Positions 28,845 to 38,548 are shown, counted from the first letter of the stretch. The stretch is 64,000 nt of DNA from Roseibacillus sp. (GCA_965242925.1 CBDEUM010000042.1:33807-97806), one strand, 5' to 3'. Translations and numbers: made by a program. Notes: generated by a model from the sequence alone, not told the origin.

Positions 28845-28883
28845 AAAATAGCTACCGTAGGGGTAGCCGGTCAATTTTTTTTT
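28845..28883 (-). promoter_or_regulatory. Putative sigma70 promoter with UP-like A-tract
   Basis: A9-TTGACC-N18-TATTTT followed by a 5' hairpin GCAGGTGGATTGCCTGC. Confidence 0.45.
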
Positions 28884-29107
28884 AAGAGATTGGGGAAAAA
28901 ACAAATTAGTGAATCCGAAGGATTTTGGCGTCCGTTAATGTCCTCTATTCCAGCCAATTACAACTTATCACGGTCTTAAAAATTTCTTTGGTAAATACCC
29001 CAAAAGGCAATTTGTCGAACCTGTCACCCCGGATTGAGGCCGGAATGCACCAATTCCGATGGTTTTCTGGCCCATGGAGTGCCTCCCCGAGACCTCTGCA
29101 AACAAGT

Positions 29108-30043
29108 TTACCAGCAGCTCATCTCACGGAATATTTCCAACCGTTCAAGGAGCTCCAACTCAGAGAGCTCTTCGATCCTCCGGGTTGAGAAGGCCTCACA
29201 GGTGAAGGAGGCCATCACGGTGCCCCGCACCACCGCTTCCCGAATCTGCTCGAAGCGGTAGTCGGTGGTCCCGAGGGAGGCGAGATATCCCGCCATGGCG
29301 CCAAGAAAGGTGTCGCCGGCACCGGTCGGGTCGGCCACCTCAGAGAGAGGGAAGGCCCCGCAGCGAAACAGGCCATGATTACATTCCGGGGGGGCGAAGA
29401 GAATGGCCCCGAACTCGCCCAGTTTGATAACCACGTATTCTGGACCCTTTGCTCGCAGGAGATTCCCTGCGGTCACCAGGTTGGTGGACCCGGCATACTC
29501 ACGGGCTTCGGTTTCGTTGATGACCAGAAGGTCAATTCTGGCGAGAACCTCCTCAAGTTCCTTGCGGGCGATCTCGATCCAGAGGTCCATGGTATCTGCC
29601 AGCACGAAGCGGCCGGGGCCCGTGCATTGAGCCAGCATTTCCAGCTGGTTGGCCGGCGCCATGTTGGCCAGCACCACTACCGGGGAAGCGGCCAACTCGG
29701 AAGAGAGGCTGACCTTCCAGTTCTGCAGGACATTGACCGCCACGTTGTGGGTGGTGCGGTCGTTCATGTTCTGGTGATACTCCCCACTCCACGTGAAAGA
29801 GGCGCCGTCGGACCGGTCCACTCCCCCGAGATTGACTCCATGCCGTTCGAGCATGGCGAGATGCTCAGGCGGATAGTCGCTGCCTACGACCCCGACAAGA
29901 TGAACCGGATCGGTAAAGTAACTGGCAGCCAGGGAAGCGTAGGAAGCCGATCCCCCAAGAAGATTTGTCGCTTCATCAGTGGGCGTCTTGACATTGTCGA
30001 TCGCAATGGAGCCACCGACCAGGAGAGGGAGGGTATCGGACAT
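29108..30043 (-). CDS. PfkB-family carbohydrate/nucleoside kinase
   Basis: GSIAID, LGGSASY, DPTGAGDTFLGA. Confidence 0.93.
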   Translation of the reverse strand: MSDTLPLLVGGSIAIDNVKTPTDEATNLLGGSASYASLAASYFTDPVHLVGVVGSDYPPEHLAMLERHGVNLGGVDRSDGASFTWSGEYHQNMNDRTTHNVAVNVLQNWKVSLSSELAASPVVVLANMAPANQLEMLAQCTGPGRFVLADTMDLWIEIARKELEEVLARIDLLVINETEAREYAGSTNLVTAGNLLRAKGPEYVVIKLGEFGAILFAPPECNHGLFRCGAFPLSEVADPTGAGDTFLGAMAGYLASLGTTDYRFEQIREAVVRGTVMASFTCEAFSTRRIEELSELELLERLEIFREMSCW

Positions 30044-30060
30044 GACCACGGAGTTCGGAC

Positions 30061-30759
30061 TCAATCCCGCGAAGATTCAAGCCCGATATTTCCCGCCGGA
30101 ACCCCGGGGGTTTGCTCCCCGAGTCGCTCCCGTAGCCCGCGACAGCACTCCGCAATATCGGGCGCCTGCAGGAGACCGGAAACGATGACCACGCGTCGCG
30201 CCCCGGAGGCCAGCACCTCATCGAGATTGCCGGGCTTGATCCCGCCGATGCAGAAAACCGGAATTTGCCCACCGACGGTCTCCTCGATCTCTGCAATGTC
30301 GTTGAGTCCGATGCCGGGGCGCCCTTCCTTGGTCGGTGTGGGGAACAGTGGACCGAACCCGATGTAGGAGGCGCCCTCCCTGAGGGCCGCCCACGCCTGA
30401 GAGGGGGTGTGGGTGGAGCGGCCCACCAGCGATCCCGCGGGCAGGCTGGCCACAGCTTCCGCCAGATCCCCGTCTTCCTGGCCGAGGTGCACACCATCGG
30501 CACCCGCCTCCAGCGCAACGTTCACGAAATCGTTCACGATGAGAGGCACCTCCCTTGCACGGCAGAGCGGGACGAGCCGTTGCGCGATCCTGAGGATGGC
30601 GGACTCCTCATGGTTCTTGGCGCGCAGCTGGAGGATATCGACCCCGCCTTGGAGGAGTGCCCCGGTCACCGACTCGCAGTCACCGGGCGAAATGTAACCA
30701 AGGTCCACAATGCCGTAGAGCCGGGCCTCGCTCTCTCTTCGCTGGCTCAGGCCATTCAT
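30061..30759 (-). CDS. thiE: Thiamine-phosphate synthase
   Basis: QLRAK, LIVND, GVHLGQED, GRSTH, PTPTK, CIGGI. Confidence 0.95.
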   Translation of the reverse strand: MNGLSQRRESEARLYGIVDLGYISPGDCESVTGALLQGGVDILQLRAKNHEESAILRIAQRLVPLCRAREVPLIVNDFVNVALEAGADGVHLGQEDGDLAEAVASLPAGSLVGRSTHTPSQAWAALREGASYIGFGPLFPTPTKEGRPGIGLNDIAEIEETVGGQIPVFCIGGIKPGNLDEVLASGARRVVIVSGLLQAPDIAECCRGLRERLGEQTPGVPAGNIGLESSRD

Positions 30760-32126
30760 TCGGTCCGGGCCTCACCGTCACGCGCCTTGAGATAGCGCTC
30801 CACCCACCCGATATCGTAGCGGCCCTCAATAAAGTCGGGGTGATCCACGATCACCTGCTGGAAGGGGATGGTGGTCTTGATCCCTCGAATCATGAACTCC
30901 GAGAGGGCGCGCCGCATCCGGGCAATGGCCACATCCCGGCGCGCACCCGTCACGATGAGTTTCGCGATCATGGAATCATAGTAGGGAGGCACCGTGTAGC
31001 CAGCGTAGACATGTGTGTCGACACGCACACCCTTGCCCCCCGGGGCGTACCACAGCGAGATGTTGCCCGGGCTCGGCGCGAAATTGTTGTAGGGATCCTC
31101 GGCGTTGATGCGGCACTCAATGCTGTGCCCGCGGGGTTGCGCGTTGCAAACATGGGAAGAGAGTGGTTCGCCGGCTGCCACGCGAATCTGTTCCTTGATG
31201 AGTTCGCACCCCATCACTTCCTCCGTGATGGGATGTTCCACCTGAATCCGCGTGTTCATCTCCATGAAGTAGAAATTCTCCGCAGCTTCATCGACGAGGT
31301 ACTCGATGGTCCCCGCGTTCTCGTAGCCGATGTTCTTTACCAGTTCGACCGAGGCTTCCCCCATGGCCTTGCGCATCTTCGGGGTAAGAAACGGACTGGG
31401 GCACTCCTCGATGATCTTCTGGTTGCGCCGCTGCATGGAACAGTCGCGCTCCCCGAGGTGCGCCACGTTCCCCTGGGAGTCTGCCACCACCTGGAATTCG
31501 ATGTGGTGGGGATTGAGCACGAGTTTCTCGAGATAGCAGTCCCCGTTGCCGAAAACGGCCTGGGCCTCGTTGCTCGCGGCCCGGTACTGGTCGAGGAACT
31601 CCTCCTCTTTCAGGGCCGGGCGCATTCCTTTCCCTCCCCCACCCGCGGTGGCCTTGATCATGACCGGAAATCCGATCTTCCGCGCCGCGGCGAGGGCGTC
31701 GCCTTCGCTCGCCATCAGTCCCTCAGTCCCGGGGGTGACCGGCACGCCATACTTGGTGGCGGTGGCACGGGCGGTGTTCTTGTCACCCATGGCACGAATC
31801 AACTCCGCGGAGGGCCCGATGAACTTGATCTTGCAGCTCTCACAGATCTCAGCGAAGCGCGGATTCTCCGAGAGAAACCCGTAGCCCGGGTGGATGGCGT
31901 CCGCCTGGGTCACTTCGGCGGCCGCAATAATGCGATCGGGCTTCAGGTAGCTGTCCTTGCTTGGCCCCGGCCCGATGCACACCGCCTCGTCGGACAACTG
32001 CACGTGCAGGGAATCGATGTCCGCCTCGGAGTAAACCGATACCGAGGCCACCCCCAGTTCCCGGCAGGCCCGGATGATGCGCAGCGCAATCTCGCCGCGG
32101 TTGGCTACGAGGACTTTGGAAAACAT
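30756..32126 (-). CDS. accC: Acetyl-CoA carboxylase, biotin carboxylase subunit
   Basis: VANRGEIA, HPGYGFLSEN, GERDCSMQRRNQK, EMNTRIQVEHP, YDSMIAKL. Confidence 0.97.
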   Translation of the reverse strand: MFSKVLVANRGEIALRIIRACRELGVASVSVYSEADIDSLHVQLSDEAVCIGPGPSKDSYLKPDRIIAAAEVTQADAIHPGYGFLSENPRFAEICESCKIKFIGPSAELIRAMGDKNTARATATKYGVPVTPGTEGLMASEGDALAAARKIGFPVMIKATAGGGGKGMRPALKEEEFLDQYRAASNEAQAVFGNGDCYLEKLVLNPHHIEFQVVADSQGNVAHLGERDCSMQRRNQKIIEECPSPFLTPKMRKAMGEASVELVKNIGYENAGTIEYLVDEAAENFYFMEMNTRIQVEHPITEEVMGCELIKEQIRVAAGEPLSSHVCNAQPRGHSIECRINAEDPYNNFAPSPGNISLWYAPGGKGVRVDTHVYAGYTVPPYYDSMIAKLIVTGARRDVAIARMRRALSEFMIRGIKTTIPFQQVIVDHPDFIEGRYDIGWVERYLKARDGEARTE

Positions 32127-32180
32127 CGCGAAAGGATGGTGGAATCGGGAAAACCCGCGGGAGGAAGATACGCGAACGGA

Positions 32181-32642
32181 TCAGGTCACGCGAAAAAGAA
32201 CGTCCCCATACTGGACCGGCGAGGCGTCCTCTACGCAGATCTCCGAGATCGTCCCGCTGACTTCCGCCTTAATCTCGTTCATCACCTTCATGGCCTCAAT
32301 GATGCAGAGGGTCTGCCCTTCGCTGATCCGGTCTCCCACCTTGACGAACTCGTCTGCCTCCGGCGTGGGTTTGCGGTAGAGGGTCCCCACCATGGGCGAC
32401 TCGATAACCTCCCCGCTCTCGATCGGTGCCTCGCCGTCCTCAGCAGCAGGTGCTACCGGAGCCCCCGGGACCGCAACCGGAGCGGCCGGGGCAATGGCGA
32501 GTCCCCCCAGAGCCTCGCGAATCGCTTCCACGTCCGTCCCCTTCTTCAATTTCAAATTGAAGTCCTCCTTCTCCAGATGGAAAAGGCTGAGCCCTTGCTC
32601 TTCCATGAGCTCCACGATTTTGCGAATTTCCTCCAGGTCCAC
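32181..32642 (-). CDS. accB: Acetyl-CoA carboxylase biotin carboxyl carrier protein
   Basis: SPMVGT, EAMKVMNEI. GTG start at 32642. Confidence 0.96.
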   Translation of the reverse strand: MDLEEIRKIVELMEEQGLSLFHLEKEDFNLKLKKGTDVEAIREALGGLAIAPAAPVAVPGAPVAPAAEDGEAPIESGEVIESPMVGTLYRKPTPEADEFVKVGDRISEGQTLCIIEAMKVMNEIKAEVSGTISEICVEDASPVQYGDVLFRVT

Positions 32643-32755
32643 AGCGCGCGCAGGTGAGTTGGCAGCAGAGTCAGGGTCCGCGCTGGGCGGGTCAAGCGCC
32701 AAGCAAGCGGTGATTGGGGATTGGGTGTCCGGGAATTGGGCCTTAGTTTGCCCCC

Positions 32756-33379
32756 GTGAAATCGACGTTGCGCCCTGCTGAACCGGGGGAGATCATCCCC
32801 GAGGATTATTTTCGGCGGCTCACTCCTGCCGAGTTGTTCACAACGGAAGCCCCGCTGGAGGTCGACCTGGGATGCGGAAACGGGTCTTTTTCCCTCGAAA
32901 TGGCGCAGCAGTTTCCGGACCGGAACTTCCTGGCGATCGAGCGCCTGCTGGGGCGGGTACGCAAGATCTGCAAGCGGGCTTCCGAAACCGGGCTCAAAAA
33001 CCTGCGCGTGCTCCGACTGGAAGCGCGCTACACCGTCGAATGGCTCCTCCCCCACGCCTCCGTCAGCCGGCTGCACCTGCTCTTTCCCGACCCCTGGCCC
33101 AAAGCCAAGCATCACCGCCGCCGTCTCGTGCAGCGCGACTTCCTCCACGCGCTGCGCAAGGTGCTCGTCCCGGGTGGGGAGTTCCTCTTCAAAACCGATC
33201 ACGAAGACTACTTCGAGTGGGCCAGGGAAGAGCTCGCGCTCTTCGATCACTTCGAATCCCTGCCCTGGGACGAACAGAACGACGAACTTTCCTTCTACCC
33301 CGAGACTGCCTTCGAGGAGCAATGGCGAGCCGAGGGCCGCGCCGTCCACCAGCTCCGCATGCGCAACCCGACCGCCTGA
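32756..33379 (+). CDS. trmB: tRNA (guanine-N7)-methyltransferase
   Basis: VDLGCGNG, FPDPWPKAKHHRRRL, FKTD. Confidence 0.94.
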   Translation: MKSTLRPAEPGEIIPEDYFRRLTPAELFTTEAPLEVDLGCGNGSFSLEMAQQFPDRNFLAIERLLGRVRKICKRASETGLKNLRVLRLEARYTVEWLLPHASVSRLHLLFPDPWPKAKHHRRRLVQRDFLHALRKVLVPGGEFLFKTDHEDYFEWAREELALFDHFESLPWDEQNDELSFYPETAFEEQWRAEGRAVHQLRMRNPTA

Positions 33380-33384
33380 GAGAC

Positions 33385-35652
33385 CTACTTCCGCAGGATC
33401 ATCCGCTTGCTCGTATTGCGGAAGCTCCGCAGCTCCAGTTCTCCGTCGCGGAACTCCACCATGACCGCCCCGGTTTCGCCCTGGCGCCAAAGGGTGATCC
33501 CCGCTCCCCTCACCGCCTCTGCCCAACGCTCGGGCACCCGTTCGGAAAGGGGATATCGATCCTCCGCCGCCACGATCACGGCGGGATCGACCGCCTGCAC
33601 AAATTCCATGATGCCCGAATAGTCGGAACGATGACGCCCCATGACCCAGAGATCGCAACTCAGATCCACCCCGCTCTCCAGCATTTCCTTCTCTGTATCG
33701 AATCCAGCATCTCCGGTAATGAGAATCCGCCAGCCGCGCCAGTGAAGACGCATTACCATGCAACGATCGTCCGCCCGACTGCCATGTTCCCGGTCGGCTA
33801 CGCGCAACACTTCCAGTTCCGCTCCGTCCCCCAGTGGATACCGTCTTCCCGCTTTCCCAAGGTGCACCCGACAACCTGACTCGTCGGCCCCCTGCACCAG
33901 CTCCCGAAAAGCCGGACTGGCAGCCTGCTCAACAGGGAGGAGGAGCTGCCGGGGGCCATAGTGGGGCAGGGCCAAGACCAGTCCTCCTGCGTGACCGGTC
34001 TCGGGATGGGTCAGGACCATCGACTGTGGAACCGCGCCCGCATCCTTCAGGGCAGGCTTCACCATCCTCCGAAACTGGTCCTGGGCGCCCCCGTCTATAA
34101 GCACTCCTTCGCCCGCTCCCACGTATATCGCAGCATCGCCGCCCCAGAGATCGAAGACCAGCATACCCCTGGTCCATCCTCCCCGTCCCTGCAGCTCAAA
34201 GTGGCTGCCCGGAATTTCCGTCACTTTTTCAGCAATCCGGTATGCCCCTTCCGCCAGCAGTGCATTGCCCCGGTTTGCTCCCGTCTGCAGCGGCTCGGCC
34301 ACCAGTCCAATCACCACTCCCACGAGGGCCACCGAGAGAATAAGGAAGACCAGCGGCACCAGGAGCATGCTGGCAAACACGGCGGCGGGGGTCACGATCC
34401 CGAAATGGTATCCGATCAGGGGCATTGAGCCGAGCCAGGCCGCCAGGGAGACCACCAGCAGGCCCACCACGTACTTGCGCAGCGCAAGGTTCCACTGCTG
34501 TCCCCGCGTGTAGAGTGCGTGGGGCAGGAACGGGTCCCCTTCGGTGACAGCCTGCAGGCACCGGGAAAAGAAGGGAGCGACCAGAATAATCATCCCGACC
34601 ACCACGTAGGACAGTTGGAAGCCGACTTGTGCAAGCTGGTGGGAATCCATGAGCAGAACGGCGGGCAGACTGGCAAGCAGGCTGTTAGCCAGCGAAGGCT
34701 GCCGCCTCACCGCAAAGCCAACCAGAAAGACCGAGGCCATGAAGACGGCGCGCACCGCAGGCGGTCGGAGGCCGGTCACGAAGACATAGCCCCACATGAT
34801 GGCGAACACGGCCCATAAGCCCCACCGCTGTGGCACCCGGAAGAAACGCATGAGTATCCAGGCCAAGGCCCCTACCAGTCCCACGTGCAATCCGCTCACC
34901 GCGAAGATGTGCATGGTTCCGCTCTTGCGGAAAGCGCCGTAGTAGTCGGCCCCTTCCGAGCGATCCCCGAGGACCAGCCCCCGAATAAGGATCGCCCCCG
35001 CCTCCTCTTCTCCGAGTCCGGACACGATGCGGGCCCGCAATTCGGTGCGCAGATCCCAGGCAAGGCGATGGAGTCTCAGACCCATGCGCGGACGGGCCAC
35101 GATCTCGTGGGTATCGGCACGAATCTCGCCCGCCAACCCGTGGCTCCGGAGCCAGTTCATCCCGTCAAACTCGGCCGGGTTTCGGGCGGCCGAAGGGAAA
35201 AAAGTCTGCCCCCGCAGAAGAAGCACATCCCCGGGCTTCACCTCGTTCGGCAGATCCCTTACCGCGACCAGTGTGTGGTGCAGGCTCCAGGGATTGCGCT
35301 CGCTGGCGCTGATCCGGAAAACTGCCCGGGGAAGAAAGCCGCCCCGGTCGCGCAAACTGAGAACGGTCCCTTCCACTTCCACCCGCGTGCGGCCATTGGC
35401 ATGGATCCAGTCCTCTCCACCCGACTGCCGCTGGAGTCGGTCATAATGGACACCCCACAAGAGGGCCCAGCCCACACACCCTGCCGTCACCATCCAGCGG
35501 CCCGCCACTGCGGAGACCAGCATCCCGAGCGCGGGCAGGGCAAGCCATGGCAGCGTCCACCCGGCTCCCGCACACAAGATTCCCAGGCAGCACCCAAGGG
35601 CCGGGATGAGGAGCGGCACCCGAGCCAGTAAATGCGCCGCGCCTTTGTTCAC
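33385..35652 (-). CDS. comEC: ComEC/Rec2 competence protein
   Basis: NPAEFD, HIFAVSGLHVG, RAVFMA, GFQLSY, C-terminal metallo-beta-lactamase-like domain. Confidence 0.92.
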   Translation of the reverse strand: MNKGAAHLLARVPLLIPALGCCLGILCAGAGWTLPWLALPALGMLVSAVAGRWMVTAGCVGWALLWGVHYDRLQRQSGGEDWIHANGRTRVEVEGTVLSLRDRGGFLPRAVFRISASERNPWSLHHTLVAVRDLPNEVKPGDVLLLRGQTFFPSAARNPAEFDGMNWLRSHGLAGEIRADTHEIVARPRMGLRLHRLAWDLRTELRARIVSGLGEEEAGAILIRGLVLGDRSEGADYYGAFRKSGTMHIFAVSGLHVGLVGALAWILMRFFRVPQRWGLWAVFAIMWGYVFVTGLRPPAVRAVFMASVFLVGFAVRRQPSLANSLLASLPAVLLMDSHQLAQVGFQLSYVVVGMIILVAPFFSRCLQAVTEGDPFLPHALYTRGQQWNLALRKYVVGLLVVSLAAWLGSMPLIGYHFGIVTPAAVFASMLLVPLVFLILSVALVGVVIGLVAEPLQTGANRGNALLAEGAYRIAEKVTEIPGSHFELQGRGGWTRGMLVFDLWGGDAAIYVGAGEGVLIDGGAQDQFRRMVKPALKDAGAVPQSMVLTHPETGHAGGLVLALPHYGPRQLLLPVEQAASPAFRELVQGADESGCRVHLGKAGRRYPLGDGAELEVLRVADREHGSRADDRCMVMRLHWRGWRILITGDAGFDTEKEMLESGVDLSCDLWVMGRHRSDYSGIMEFVQAVDPAVIVAAEDRYPLSERVPERWAEAVRGAGITLWRQGETGAVMVEFRDGELELRSFRNTSKRMILRK

Positions 35653-35664
35653 AGGCCGGAGCTG

Positions 35665-36378
35665 TTAGATCGCTCCCAGTTCGCGCAGGCGGTGCGTCGC
35701 ATTGGCAGAGTGCCGCGTCTCCGGGAAGAGCTCGACCACCTGCTCCAGGATGCTCACCGATCGCGGCTTGTCCTCCTTGTCAACCTCATAGAGCTCCGCC
35801 AGGCGGAACATGAAGAAGGCCATGTCGTTGACACGCCACTCGCGGCTCTCAAGGGCAGTGCGCAGGGTCTCGATGGAGGCATCGGAATCCTCCAGATTGT
35901 CATGCTGGATCTTGGCAATCTCGACCCAGGGAAAACGGTTCTCCGGTTGCGTCCGCGCCACCGCACGGTAGGCTGCGATCGCCGCTTCATAGTCACCCCT
36001 CGCGAGAAAGACCCGCGCATCGTGCATGGGATCGAACTCCACTTCCTCGGACGATCCGTAGAACATGTGGGTGAATCGATGAACCAGGGTGGGCAGCATA
36101 AAAAAGCCGAAGACGATGGCAGCATATGTTGCCACCACGAGGATGAGAGCGATTCCCACCAGGATCTTGGCACCTTGCGAAACTCCCTGCGGCTCCCAGC
36201 CCTCGATCCTTTCCTCTCCATACCTGTCCTCGATGGCCCGGCCCTCGGCCCTGGCGATTTCCAGTTCCTTCTCGGTCGGAAGCTCCTGCTTGATCGGCCC
36301 CATCCTGATCATGATCAGCCATGCCCCACAGATGAGGGCCACCAGGATGCAGAGATTTATGATGAACTTGCGATCCAT
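35665..36378 (-). CDS. Membrane protein with C-terminal TPR
   Basis: Two TM segments followed by TPR-like helices ('FPETRHSANA'). Confidence 0.75.
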   Translation of the reverse strand: MDRKFIINLCILVALICGAWLIMIRMGPIKQELPTEKELEIARAEGRAIEDRYGEERIEGWEPQGVSQGAKILVGIALILVVATYAAIVFGFFMLPTLVHRFTHMFYGSSEEVEFDPMHDARVFLARGDYEAAIAAYRAVARTQPENRFPWVEIAKIQHDNLEDSDASIETLRTALESREWRVNDMAFFMFRLAELYEVDKEDKPRSVSILEQVVELFPETRHSANATHRLRELGAI

Positions 36379-36467
36379 TGATACCGTAGCGCCACAAAAG
36401 AAAAACGCACCCGCCGCTGAATGACAACCTCTGAAGGCCCCTCCATTGCGAACAATGGGGATTCGTC

Positions 36468-36497
36468 AAAAAAGCCACGGCCTTACACCGTGGCTTT
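36468..36497 (-). terminator. Intrinsic terminator after lipoprotein C
   Basis: AAAGCCACGG-loop-CCGTGGCTTT, with a U-tract on the - strand. Confidence 0.75.
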
Positions 36498-36556
36498 GCC
36501 GGGAGCGAGACCGCGGACGCAACAGGAATGCTCTCCGTTGAAACCGCTGCTTCGCT

Positions 36557-36736
36557 TCACTTACTTTCCGCAGTCGATGGTGGGTCGCCGTAGTCGATGG
36601 TGGGCAGTTCCTTGAACTTGGGCAGCGAGCGCAGGGACGGGGCCTTGGCCTCCCCCGTGCAGCAACCGCAGGACGTCAGGGCCAAGGCGGCCAGTGCTAC
36701 TCCGGCGGGGGCGATCAGTTGAATGAGCTTCTTCAT
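36557..36736 (-). CDS. Small lipoprotein C (59 aa)
   Basis: MKKLIQLIAPAGVALAALALTS-CGCCTGEAKAPSLRSLPKFKELPTIDYGDPPSTAESK; lipobox LTSC. Confidence 0.8.
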   Translation of the reverse strand: MKKLIQLIAPAGVALAALALTSCGCCTGEAKAPSLRSLPKFKELPTIDYGDPPSTAESK

Positions 36737-36798
36737 CGTAAGTGTGTAATGCTGGGGCTGGGCGGGAATCTCAGGGGAGGCTCCCCGCATCTCAAGGT

Positions 36799-36840
36799 AA
36801 AAATCAAGCCCGGGGTCACAAATCCGTGGCCCCGGGCTTG
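36799..36840 (-). terminator. Intrinsic terminator after lipoprotein B
   Basis: CAAGCCCGGGGCCAC-GGATTT-GTGACCCCGGGCTTG then ATTTTT on the - strand. Confidence 0.75.
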
Positions 36841-36854
36841 CGTTTAAAGCATGC

Positions 36855-36980
36855 TTACTTTCCGGGCACCACCACGTTCGGCGGCGCCATGGGTGCAGGG
36901 GCACTCTGGTTCGATGCGCAGGATGCAAGCGCTAACCCGGTCAGGGCCACAAGGACTGCAATGATATTAGAGAGTTTCAT
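36855..36980 (-). CDS. Micro-lipoprotein B (41 aa), not in ORF track
   Basis: MKLSNIIAVLVALTGLALAS-CASNQSAPAPMAPPNVVVPGK*; lipobox LASC. Confidence 0.85.
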   Translation of the reverse strand: MKLSNIIAVLVALTGLALASCASNQSAPAPMAPPNVVVPGK

Positions 36981-37054
36981 AAGATAGAGAATTGTGTCTT
37001 TCAGGCGGGCTTCCGCGAGAATGCATTTGCCCGATGGTCAGGGTTCCTTAAGTA

Positions 37055-37168
37055 TTATTTCCCAGGTGCCACATAACTCGGCGGCCCGGGATCCGGGCTT
37101 GAGCAGGAAGAGAAGGCCAACGCCCCAAGGGCGGCCACCGCGATCGCGATTACTTTCAGGAATTTCAT
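37055..37168 (-). CDS. Micro-lipoprotein A (37 aa), not in ORF track
   Basis: MKFLKVIAIAVAALGALAFSS-CSSPDPGPPSYVAPGK*; lipobox FSSC. Confidence 0.85.
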   Translation of the reverse strand: MKFLKVIAIAVAALGALAFSSCSSPDPGPPSYVAPGK

Positions 37169-37228
37169 TGTCTCGCTAGGTATTGGTTCAGGCTAATTGT
37201 GAGCAGGCGATTGCGCCTGATCAACCGG

Positions 37229-37256
37229 AGCATACCCCACGCCAAATTGACCGCAA
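37229..37256 (-). promoter_or_regulatory. Putative sigma70 promoter for the micro-lipoprotein cluster
   Basis: TTGCGG-N16-TATGCT about 60 nt upstream of ATG 37168. Confidence 0.4.
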
Positions 37257-37423
37257 GCGTGAAAGCAACAGCTCATCCGGTCCCATTTTACGCTCCAAAG
37301 GCCGACCCTGTTTAATCTTTCCTCCTGGATTACCCCTGAAGCGATTTCATCCGTCTCCCACGTTTCGGACTAGACGATCGAGCACTTGACGATCGGGCAC
37401 TTTCGACTAATACCCAGCGCGCC

Positions 37424-38428
37424 ATGTCCAGTTCCCCTCACGTCGCCATCGCCGGCGCCACAGGCGCCGTCGGGGAGGAAATGTTGAAGTGCCTCGAACA
37501 ACGTGAGTTCCCCGTGGGGGAACTCACGCTCCTGGCTTCCGCGCGCTCGGCCGGGAGGAAACTTCGCTTCAGGGACCGCGAAATCGCGGTCCAGGAACTG
37601 AGCCATGACTCCTTCCAGGGGGTCGATATCGCCCTCTTCAGCGCCGGAGGCAGCCTCTCCCTGGAGTTCGGGCCCTCCGCCGCCGCTGCGGGCGCGGTGG
37701 TGATCGACAACTCCTCCGCCTTCCGGATGGATCCCGAAGTCCCCCTCGTGGTGCCCGAGATCAATCCCGAAGCCGCCAAGACCCGTCCAAAGGGCATCAT
37801 CGCCAACCCGAACTGCACCACCACTATTACCCTGATGGGTCTCAATCCGCTTCACCGCAAGTTCGGACTCAACTCCGTCATCGCATCGAGCTACCAGGCG
37901 GTTTCGGGCAGTGGCCAGGCGGGCATCGAGGAACTATCGGACCAGGTAAGGGCCCTCTCGGAAGGCCGGAACGACCTCACAAAGAGTGTCTACCCTCACC
38001 AGATCGCCTTCAATGTCATTCCCCATGTCGATCAGTTCATGGATGGGGGATATACTAGGGAGGAACTCAAGATGCTCAACGAGGGGCGCAAGATTCTTGA
38101 ACTGCCGGATCTGCAGGTGACCTGCACCTGCGTGCGCGTCCCGGTCTACCGCTCGCACTCGGTCTCGATCACCGCCCAGTTTGAGCATCCGGTCAGCGTG
38201 GAGCAGGCCCGCCTCGCCTACCAGGATTACCCGGGCATCCGCGTCGTGGATGATCCTGGAAACGCCCTGTATCCAACTCCGCTCGACACCACCGAGAAGG
38301 ACGACTGTCTGGTGGGCCGCATCCGTGAGGACATGGTGCTCGAAAATGCCCTCGCCCTCTGGGTGGTCGGGGACCAGGTCAGGAAAGGGGCCGCCTTGAA
38401 TGCAGTGCAGATCGCGGAATTGCTCTGA
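37424..38428 (+). CDS. asd: Aspartate-semialdehyde dehydrogenase
   Basis: GATGAVG, DNSSAFRM, ANPNCTT, YQAVSGSG, CVRVPV..SHS, RKGAALNAVQIAE. Confidence 0.97.
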   Translation: MSSSPHVAIAGATGAVGEEMLKCLEQREFPVGELTLLASARSAGRKLRFRDREIAVQELSHDSFQGVDIALFSAGGSLSLEFGPSAAAAGAVVIDNSSAFRMDPEVPLVVPEINPEAAKTRPKGIIANPNCTTTITLMGLNPLHRKFGLNSVIASSYQAVSGSGQAGIEELSDQVRALSEGRNDLTKSVYPHQIAFNVIPHVDQFMDGGYTREELKMLNEGRKILELPDLQVTCTCVRVPVYRSHSVSITAQFEHPVSVEQARLAYQDYPGIRVVDDPGNALYPTPLDTTEKDDCLVGRIREDMVLENALALWVVGDQVRKGAALNAVQIAELL

Positions 38429-38548
38429 GGGGAAACGCCGCCAACTGCCCCGCATAGACCGGGTCCTCCCCCTTGATTCCACCAGAATCCACCTGCCCAC
38501 GTGAATTGGGGGCTTGGGTAATTGGATCCTTGGGTATTTCCTAGGAGC

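Noticed and set aside
30693..30717. TGTAACCAA-N12-CGTA
   Set aside because: Wrong spacing and antisense inside thiE.
30657..32657. 666-aa + strand ORF (and similar long antisense ORFs at 40117-41799, 25243-26736, 8821-10113)
   Set aside because: Shadows of well-supported genes on the opposite strand.
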